Origin: Bdellovibrionota bacterium FG-2
Lineage (GTDB): Bacteria; Bdellovibrionota; UBA1018
DNA length: 15,028 bases
Direction: 5' to 3'
Assembly: GCA_051382305.1 (NCBI GenBank)
Contig: JBBCAV010000383.1
Location: forward strand, 1-15,028
In this document: in pieces, positions 1 through 6,375 of the stretch
Layout of the letters: every line of letters starts with the position of its first letter
Position numbering within the stretch: the first letter of the stretch is position 1
The notes under the pieces: generated by a model
Database searches by the model: none
The model's input: only the letters and a program-made list of their open reading frames with translations
What the model was told of the DNA's origin: nothing
Made by a program: the position numbers and the translations under genes

Positions 1-974
1 AGGGCGGCCAAAAGTACAACATCGATCAAGACGGCGCGTTTGAGCCAGAGGCTGTAGAGCAAATTAAGCCCAAAATAGCAGAGAAGGGATAACGAGAAAT
101 TTTGTGAAACGACCGCTCCACCCACAATTGCTGCCCCGGCGCTTACGGTGAGAAGCCCCAGGGCCATCGGAATCGACAAATCCCCGGAAGCCAGTGGCCT
201 CGCTTTTTTTGTAGGATGGTTGCGATCGGATTGCAGATCGATGAGGTCGTTCAAAATGTAAATGCTTGAGGCGGCTGCTGAGAAAGAGAAGAAGGCGAGC
301 GCGATTGCGCCCCATTTTTCGGCATCATCAGAAGTTATGAGGAAGTGGTGCGCAGCCAAAAGTGGAATAAAGAGCAAGAGATTTTTGACCCATTGGTGGG
401 GGCGGAGCTGTTTGAGGGCGGATTTGAGTGAGCCCTTGGTGTCTCGAATGACATCAAAGGGCGTCCCGAGTTGAGCGAGGCGTTTGAGTGTTTTGCGTGA
501 GGGATTGATTGCGACAGCGTGAGCGCAGTTTTTCCAGATCGCGAGATCAGAGCCTGAGTCGCCGAAGTATTCGGTTTTTGGGTTTTCGCCATTTGAGCTG
601 AAAGCGGCTTTGATTTTTGCCCACTTTGCTTCGCCTTTGAGATTGATGTCTTGGCTGCCAAAGGCGTGATCAAAGATTCCGAGGTGAGCTGAGATTGATT
701 GGATCCATGCGTCGGGAGAGGCGGATGCGAGAACGGTTGTTTGGCCGCTTTTGCGCGCGGCTTCAATACGTTCCAGAACGTGGGACCGATAGGGGAGGCT
801 CTGCGGTTCGAAGGAACCTGTTTTTGCAATTTGGAGTTTGAAATGCAGCCGCCCGCTGAGCAGCCAAAAGGGCAGGTAAAATACCGTCCAAGGTTTCTCA
901 ATGATCAGAGCAACCGCTTGCTCCCAAAGTAAATCGGTTTGAATGAGTGTGTGATCGAGGTCAATGATCGTCAA
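1..974 (-). CDS. HAD-phosphatase + UbiA-family prenyltransferase fusion (polyprenyl-phosphate phosphoribosyltransferase / DPPR synthase-like); 3' end lies outside the window, start uncertain (TTG 974, or ATG 1023 via a frameshift)
   Basis: Not in the ORF track. Hand translation of the minus strand gives a continuous frame: LTIIDLDHTLIQTDLLWEQ (HAD motif I DxD), VLASAS (motif II), NLKGEAK (motif III), YFGDSGSDLAIW (motif IV GDxxxD), then LRPHQWVKNLLLFIPL and YILNDLIDLQSDRNHPTKKARPLASG (UbiA NDxxDxxxD motif; RPxQWxKN and HPxKxxRPxASG are characteristic of the mycobacterial Rv3806c-like subfamily), followed by hydrophobic helices. Confidence 0.92.
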   Translation of the reverse strand, partial: MTIIDLDHTLIQTDLLWEQAVALIIEKPWTVFYLPFWLLSGRLHFKLQIAKTGSFEPQSLPYRSHVLERIEAARKSGQTTVLASASPDAWIQSISAHLGIFDHAFGSQDINLKGEAKWAKIKAAFSSNGENPKTEYFGDSGSDLAIWKNCAHAVAINPSRKTLKRLAQLGTPFDVIRDTKGSLKSALKQLRPHQWVKNLLLFIPLLAAHHFLITSDDAEKWGAIALAFFSFSAAASSIYILNDLIDLQSDRNHPTKKARPLASGDLSIPMALGLLTVSAGAAIVGGAVVSQNFSLSLLCYFGLNLLYSLWLKRAVLIDVVLLAA

Positions 975-1239
975 TGTCGAGGAGGGTGGGGGGGAGCTTG
1001 GCCGGTGATAACGCTTTTTCCATACAGTTACAGGCGACGCTACTCTGGGAATGAGGGTGGGAGCAAGGGGAAAAAGGGTATCTCTCCGGTACTAGGCGGC
1101 AAGGATTATTTCTGAGGGTGGGCATAAAGGCATTGAACTTAGAACCCTTTTTGTTATGGCTTAGGCGACAAATGCAAAAAGAAATTTCGAAATCGCGGAA
1201 AATTATTTGTTTTGTGCTCGCTGTTCCTATTTCTATATT
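975..1239. promoter_or_regulatory. Divergent intergenic/promoter region between the HAD-UbiA gene and the WecB/TagA-led gene run
   Basis: Flanked by divergent genes. Weak plus-strand sigma70-like candidate TTGAAC (1133-1138)-16 bp-TATGGC (1155-1160) with TG at 1152-1153; AT-rich stretch at 1170-1240; perfect palindrome ATTTCGAAAT at 1184-1193. The exact promoter elements are speculative. Confidence 0.45.
982..1122 (+). repeat. Three exact direct copies of GAGGGTGGG (982-990, 1053-1061, 1114-1122)
   Basis: Read directly from the sequence; copies 2 and 3 extend to TGAGGGTGGG; start-to-start spacing is 71 and 61 bp. Confidence 0.75.
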
Positions 1240-1983
1240 ATGATGATTAAAATTCTCAACATCGGGATTTCCAGACTAAATATCGCGGGCGCCATCAAAT
1301 CCTGCGAATCCACGCTCACCCAGAACAAAGGCGGCTATGTCTGTTTTGTAAATACCCACAGCCTAACCGAGAGCCATCGAAACTCCGCTCTAGAGCAGAC
1401 CCTCAACGGATCGTTCTTAAACGTCGCCGACGGAATGCCGCTCGTTTGGACCTCCTATTTAAAACGCAGACCCATCGCATCCCGAGTTTGTGGCCCTGAT
1501 TTTATGAAACTCTTTATTGAACGAAACAGAGAGCTATCTTTTGGTTTTATTGGTGGAGCGCCAGGTCAAGCCGAGCGTCTAAAAAACAGATTCAATTTGA
1601 GCGCCCATTGCTACAGTCCACCGATGCGGCCGTTTTCGAAAGAGCACGCCGCCGAGGATTGGGAGAAATTCGTACAAGGCCTTGGCGGTGAACCGATTCC
1701 CAAGGCGATCTGGGTCGGTCTTGGTGCGCCGAAGCAAGAACTGTGGATGAATGCCGTAAGTCGATTAGCGCCTACCACTCTTTTTTTCGGAGTGGGCGCA
1801 GCGTTTGATTTTTTGACCGGCTCCAAAAAGCGGGCCCCAGTTTGGATGCAAAAAGCCGGTTTGGAGTGGTTTTTCCGCCTTTGTCAGGAACCCCGAAGGC
1901 TTTGGAAGAGGTACATTGTTAACAATTGCTTGTATTGCTTGCTTGTGGGGATCGAAATATTGATCGAGCAGGTTAAAGAATAA
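1240..1983 (+). CDS. WecB/TagA/CpsF family glycosyltransferase (GT26)
   Basis: Motifs CFVNTH, ADGMPLVW, RVCGPDFM, WVGLGAPKQELWM, GVGAAFDFLTG, RAPVWMQKAGLEWFFRLCQEPRRLWKRY are typical of GT26. ATG at 1240 or 1243 is preferred over the TTG at 1207. Confidence 0.95.
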   Translation: MMIKILNIGISRLNIAGAIKSCESTLTQNKGGYVCFVNTHSLTESHRNSALEQTLNGSFLNVADGMPLVWTSYLKRRPIASRVCGPDFMKLFIERNRELSFGFIGGAPGQAERLKNRFNLSAHCYSPPMRPFSKEHAAEDWEKFVQGLGGEPIPKAIWVGLGAPKQELWMNAVSRLAPTTLFFGVGAAFDFLTGSKKRAPVWMQKAGLEWFFRLCQEPRRLWKRYIVNNCLYCLLVGIEILIEQVKE

Positions 1984-2032
1984 TCTATGGAATCCTATCC
2001 CACCTGGTTGTATACCTTGGCTAATACCACTT

Positions 2033-3511
2033 ATGAGTTCAACGATTGTATCGCCTTCTTCATCCCAGACGGTTCCGCCTTTGGGTGCCCGTAGGACACT
2101 TCCAATAAGGCAATTGCGGCACTACTTTGCTTTTATAATAACCGTTGCTCAGATTGTGGCTGATAGTATGTCTGTTCTTGTCGCGTTTCTTACAGCCTTT
2201 TGGATTTATACCGGGCCTTTGTTGTCCCGAAGTTCTCCGCAAAACTTCTGGGATTTTTTGGGGATCTCGATTGGGACGGTATGCGTTTACGTCATCGCTT
2301 TGGACCGGGTAGGGCTTTACAAGCGTGAAGTTAGTTTGCTCAATATTAAAGAGCTGCGGGGGATTTTTCGCGCAGCGGTCTATTCAACTGCGGTCATTTT
2401 AAGTGCGTCCTTTTATGTGCGCTTTACAAGTCTCTCTCGAATAACGATCACGGTTGCCCTTGCGGGCGCGCCGCTATTGATCTATTTGCAGCGCCAAGTT
2501 TTTTTTGGTTTTCATCTTTTCTTTCATCGTCGTGGTTGGTCTCAGAACCGGGTGTTGATTTTTGGTGCAGGGCGGACCGGTAAACATTTGGCCAGACGGA
2601 TGTTTGAGAGCCCAGGTCTTGGACTGCTTCCGGTTGGCGTACTTGATGATGACCGATCGAGGATTGGGCAACTCCTTAGCTGGCGCGGGACGCCTAATGT
2701 TCTGCCTGTTTTGGGCGGTGAAGAGCAGCTAGATAACGTGAAATCTCTTGGAGTTGATCTGGTAGTGATTTCGTTGCCGGGGGCGAGTCTGGAGCGAAAC
2801 AAAGGAATCGTCAATGCTTGTATTGCCGCCGGAATCCCTTATGCGGTGGTTCCCAATTCGCATGAAGAGTTCATTCAGCAAATGGAGGTGCTTGAAATTG
2901 GGGGGATCCCTCTTTTTAGGCGCCGCTCGAATAAGAAAAGCTGGACTTATTTGGCCTCTAAGCGACTCATCGATTTTGTCTTGTCATCAGCGGTGATGAT
3001 TTGCTTATCTCCACTCTACTTTTTCTTCGCGGGGCTTATCAGGTTGGATTCAAAGGGGCCCGTGATTTTCAAGCAAAAGCGGGTCGGTTTAAATGGCCGG
3101 GAATTTAGTTTCTATAAATTTCGGACGATGCACGTTCATGCTCCCAAATATGCGGAGACACCTCATGATCCCAAGGATGATCGCATTACGCGCTTGGGGG
3201 GGTGGCTAAGGCGCACGAGTTTAGACGAGCTCCCGCAGCTTTTTAATGTGTTTCGGGGCGATATGAGTTTGGTGGGACCGAGACCTGAGATGCCTTTTAT
3301 TGTCGAACGCTACACGCCATTGGAAAAACAGCGTCTTGAGGCCAAGCCTGGGATCACGGGCGTTTGGCAAATTAGTGCGGTTCGAGGCGAGCCGATTCAT
3401 GCCAACATCGAGTATGATTTGTTTTACCTCCAAAATCGGTCTCTTTTGCTGGACGCGGCGATTGTGGTGAAAACAGTGCTGTCCGTGATTCGAGGAGTTG
3501 GGGCTATTTAG
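2033..3511 (+). CDS. Initiating polyprenyl-phosphate sugar phosphotransferase (WcaJ/WbaP/CpsE-type monotopic PGT, long form)
   Basis: About four N-terminal hydrophobic helices; Rossmann-like VLIFGAGRTG...GVLDDD domain; C-terminal PGT core KRLID, SKGPVIFKQKRVG, YKFRTM, LRRTSLDELPQL (DE dyad), GDMSLVGPRPE, KPGITGVWQ, DLFY. Confidence 0.95.
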   Translation: MSSTIVSPSSSQTVPPLGARRTLPIRQLRHYFAFIITVAQIVADSMSVLVAFLTAFWIYTGPLLSRSSPQNFWDFLGISIGTVCVYVIALDRVGLYKREVSLLNIKELRGIFRAAVYSTAVILSASFYVRFTSLSRITITVALAGAPLLIYLQRQVFFGFHLFFHRRGWSQNRVLIFGAGRTGKHLARRMFESPGLGLLPVGVLDDDRSRIGQLLSWRGTPNVLPVLGGEEQLDNVKSLGVDLVVISLPGASLERNKGIVNACIAAGIPYAVVPNSHEEFIQQMEVLEIGGIPLFRRRSNKKSWTYLASKRLIDFVLSSAVMICLSPLYFFFAGLIRLDSKGPVIFKQKRVGLNGREFSFYKFRTMHVHAPKYAETPHDPKDDRITRLGGWLRRTSLDELPQLFNVFRGDMSLVGPRPEMPFIVERYTPLEKQRLEAKPGITGVWQISAVRGEPIHANIEYDLFYLQNRSLLLDAAIVVKTVLSVIRGVGAI

Positions 3512-3526
3512 CTAATATCTAATTCC

Positions 3527-5389
3527 ATGCTTAATGTTTTTTGTTTTTATCTAAGCATCCTCTTTGTTGGAAAAATCCTGGGCGCACTTTTGAGTTTGAG
3601 GGGCCAAAGCTTTTCTTTGGGCCTTCCGGTGCTCTTGCTTGTGGGGGGCTTCTTTTTTCCTGATACCGCAACTGTCTTAGCCGTTTGGCTTTCAGCGGGG
3701 CTATTGGGATCATTTGTGATTTTTAAGTCAGGACAATATCGTTTTGGTCTTCAGGATTATCTGCAAAGTCTACGGTCACATATTCCTGGGTTTCTCTATT
3801 TTATTGCCTATAGTGCCCTATTGATTTGGCAGAACCCATACCTAGAGATCCCTTCGGATCCGATTGGCGTGCATCTTTTTAGGATTGCCGAAGTTCTAAG
3901 GCCAGGCGTATGGAGTCGCGGTTTGCTATTTTCGGGGGTTGAGGGATCGACTCATCTGCTTGGGTATGTGGTTGATGCCCTTGCCGTGCAGGTCAGTGGT
4001 CTGGATCGGTTTGATTCTGCTTTGGCGTTGGGATTCGCAAAAGCGATGATGTTGTCATTTGTGATTTATAAAACGGCTTATCGAATTCTGGGGAGGAGTT
4101 CGTGGGCCGTGCTCTCACTGGTTCTTGCTCAAACAGTGATGGGGACAGCCAGATATTCGTATTTTAGATATTATACGTTTGCGCCCAGTTTTTTTAACAT
4201 GGCGATGTATATTGAGATTCTCCCGCTCATGGCGGGACTGTTCCAACAACGTTTGGTGTGGCGAAAATTCCTTCTGTTAGCCATGGTCTTTGTGGCGAGC
4301 TTCTTGACTCATAAGCAAGAGGCGCTGTTTGTCGGCTCAGCAATTGCGTTGTCGTTATTTTGGGGTTGCTTGCCGTTTGCCGAGCCAGATTATGTTCGTC
4401 GCAATCGGAAACTCTTGGGGTTGGGTCTGATGGGTTGTCTTGGGATTCTTGTTGCTGGCATCTATACGAAAAAGATAGTGCAGTCGATGCCGCAGACTCC
4501 CGAAGAGTATCATATTTACCGCGATTTTGGGTTTCTCAAAATTTTGAGGCTCAATTTTCATTCGAGCCGCCTTTGGGCGACTCTCAACTGGAGTTTGATT
4601 TTTTGTTTGGGTGTCATTGGATTATGGGGGCTTGTCGCTCTACTTAAAAACCGAAAATGGGATGTTTTGGGGCCTGATTTGTCGCTAGTGGGCTATTTGG
4701 CGCTCATATCGCTTTGGCCGCTTGTTGCGGTGTTTTTTCCTCCGGTTTCGACGGCATATTCATTTTTCTTCTACGATTCAGTTTATTATAGGCTGTTTTA
4801 TGCTTCGCCTTTTTTCTTGGTGGTGCCGGGAATACTTAGAGATTCTTTCGTCGGTTGGGGTAGAAAGCATAGGATCGTTGTTGTATATAGTTTGCTGTTA
4901 ATTCTCTGTGGGCTGCTTGTTTTTGATAAAGAATCGCGGTTGCCGCATCTTATTGCCAAAGTTTCCGAAGGGGGTACTCCTTTTGCTTTTAGGGGGGAGT
5001 TTCAGGCAATACAAAAGCATGCTGGGCGCGCTTCAAAACTTGTTTTGTCGGATGCAATCACTGAGTATTCGATGCCATTTTTCGCTGATTCTAAAACATC
5101 AAAGTGTAAAGAATCCCGCTGCTGGTGGCCTCTTTGGCCAATCGATTTTGAGCGTGAAGATCAGTTTTTATCGGCCTTGGGGCAATTTTCGTTTGTGGTA
5201 TTCAATGGCAGACAGGCGTTTACTCAAAGTGACTTTGCCGCGCACTGGCCAAAGGATGTGAGGCGGGTGGATCGATATTATCCGAAGGACTTTGAGAAGT
5301 GGGTCAGCGTTGCTGAACAAAGAGGGTGGCTGAGACGGTTTTATGAAAGGGAGGCGCTCGTTGTTTATGAAGTGGTGGGGCACCCGTGA
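3527..5389 (+). CDS. Polytopic membrane protein, 620 aa, possible GT-C-fold glycosyltransferase or polymerase
   Basis: Long ORF 15 bp after the PGT stop, with many hydrophobic segments, an early loop EIPSDPIGVH (Asp...His), a late YYRLFY motif and a soluble C-terminal domain of about 150 aa. The ORF is well supported; the function is inferred only. Confidence 0.7.
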   Translation: MLNVFCFYLSILFVGKILGALLSLRGQSFSLGLPVLLLVGGFFFPDTATVLAVWLSAGLLGSFVIFKSGQYRFGLQDYLQSLRSHIPGFLYFIAYSALLIWQNPYLEIPSDPIGVHLFRIAEVLRPGVWSRGLLFSGVEGSTHLLGYVVDALAVQVSGLDRFDSALALGFAKAMMLSFVIYKTAYRILGRSSWAVLSLVLAQTVMGTARYSYFRYYTFAPSFFNMAMYIEILPLMAGLFQQRLVWRKFLLLAMVFVASFLTHKQEALFVGSAIALSLFWGCLPFAEPDYVRRNRKLLGLGLMGCLGILVAGIYTKKIVQSMPQTPEEYHIYRDFGFLKILRLNFHSSRLWATLNWSLIFCLGVIGLWGLVALLKNRKWDVLGPDLSLVGYLALISLWPLVAVFFPPVSTAYSFFFYDSVYYRLFYASPFFLVVPGILRDSFVGWGRKHRIVVVYSLLLILCGLLVFDKESRLPHLIAKVSEGGTPFAFRGEFQAIQKHAGRASKLVLSDAITEYSMPFFADSKTSKCKESRCWWPLWPIDFEREDQFLSALGQFSFVVFNGRQAFTQSDFAAHWPKDVRRVDRYYPKDFEKWVSVAEQRGWLRRFYEREALVVYEVVGHP

Positions 5390-5395
5390 ACGAAA

Positions 5396-6277
5396 GTGTT
5401 ACTGGGCCCTCGAGCAGTGGAAAATTTGGGGACAACACCCATTAGCTCGTGTTATGGCTTTGCTGTGTCTAATGATGGAGTAGGTACCATTCTTTTTTCT
5501 CGAGAGGCGGTTCTGCCTCATTTGGGAAGCTTAGATATTCCCTTTGAGCTGGTGGCTCTCGCCGAGGCTGTGAACTATCAACGTTGGTTGTTCCGCACGG
5601 TCGAGCCTTTCCTTGGGAATAGAATCCTTGAAGTGGGCGCTGGACTTGGAAACATGTCCCAGTGGCTGCCGATTCGCGAACGGCTGATTCTGACTGAAAA
5701 TGACCCGGTGTTGATGGAAATTCTTTATCGATCTGTAGCTCAGAGTCCTTTGTTTGGAGACAGGCGTCTTTCGGTCATGCCCTTTGATGTATTGAAGAGT
5801 GACAAGGAGCATCAAGAGTTGCTTGGAGCAAAACTGGATACTGTGGTTTCCTTTAATGTTCTCGAGCATATTGATGATGACGGATTGGCTTTGGAGCGTC
5901 TTTGTCAGCTCGTACGGTGTTCTGCTAATTCAAAGGGGCCACGGAGAGTCCTGACTTTTGTTCCAGCTCATGCATGGGCATACGGGAGCATGGACAAGAC
6001 TTATGGTCACCATCGGCGCTATTCTACGCGTCAACTGGAGCTGTTGTGTCGACAGGTAGCGCCCGACGCTAAAATAACTTTGCGTCATTTTAACGCCTTG
6101 GGTTTGGCTGGTTGGTTTTGGAACGGAAGAGTACTCAAAAAGAAACAGATCGACAGATCCTCTCTTGCGATTTTTGAAGCGCTGGTTCGCTATATTAGCC
6201 GATTCGATGATTTCCTGCAAAAGAAGTTGCATTTCCCTTTGGGGCAATCATTGCTTGCGGTGATTCAATGGGACTGA
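5396..6277 (+). CDS. Class I SAM-dependent methyltransferase (start uncertain; GTG 5417 or TTG 5522 are alternatives)
   Basis: Motif I ILEVGAGLGNM, motif IV/post-II DTVVSFNVLEHIDDD, and VPAHAWAYGSMDKTYGHHRRY, as seen in glycan-locus methyltransferases. Confidence 0.9.
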   Translation: MLLGPRAVENLGTTPISSCYGFAVSNDGVGTILFSREAVLPHLGSLDIPFELVALAEAVNYQRWLFRTVEPFLGNRILEVGAGLGNMSQWLPIRERLILTENDPVLMEILYRSVAQSPLFGDRRLSVMPFDVLKSDKEHQELLGAKLDTVVSFNVLEHIDDDGLALERLCQLVRCSANSKGPRRVLTFVPAHAWAYGSMDKTYGHHRRYSTRQLELLCRQVAPDAKITLRHFNALGLAGWFWNGRVLKKKQIDRSSLAIFEALVRYISRFDDFLQKKLHFPLGQSLLAVIQWD

Positions 6278-6375
6278 GACGTTCTTTTTCGCTGATTCCT
6301 TTCTTGAATTCGATGGTGATAGGAGTGACAGCAATCTGGATGGTTTTCATCATTTGTAATTTTCTACGACGATGA
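6268..6375 (+). CDS. Putative 35-aa single-transmembrane small protein
   Basis: MGLRRSFSLIPFLNSMVIGVTAIWMVFIICNFLRR*. Its ATG overlaps the end of the methyltransferase (ATGGGACTGA) and its TGA overlaps the next ATG (ATGA at 6372-6375). Below the ORF-track cutoff. Confidence 0.55.
   Translation: MGLRRSFSLIPFLNSMVIGVTAIWMVFIICNFLRR

Noticed and set aside
64..932. ORF-track entries 64-315, 262-474, 335-901 and 699-932
   Set aside because: Alternate-frame or antisense shadows of the HAD-UbiA gene; no recognisable motifs.
1221..1248. dif-like string CTGTTCCTATT-TCTATA-TTATGATGATT near the skew switch
   Set aside because: The right arm matches E. coli XerD-arm TTATGTTAAAT at 8/11, but the left arm is poor, the site overlaps the GT26 start codon, and skew returns to G-rich within about 600 bp, unlike a replication terminus.
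3196..3202. G7 tract in the PGT gene (also T8 at 2499-2506)
   Set aside because: In frame, encoding the ordinary RLGGWLR segment; short, with no sign of slippage.
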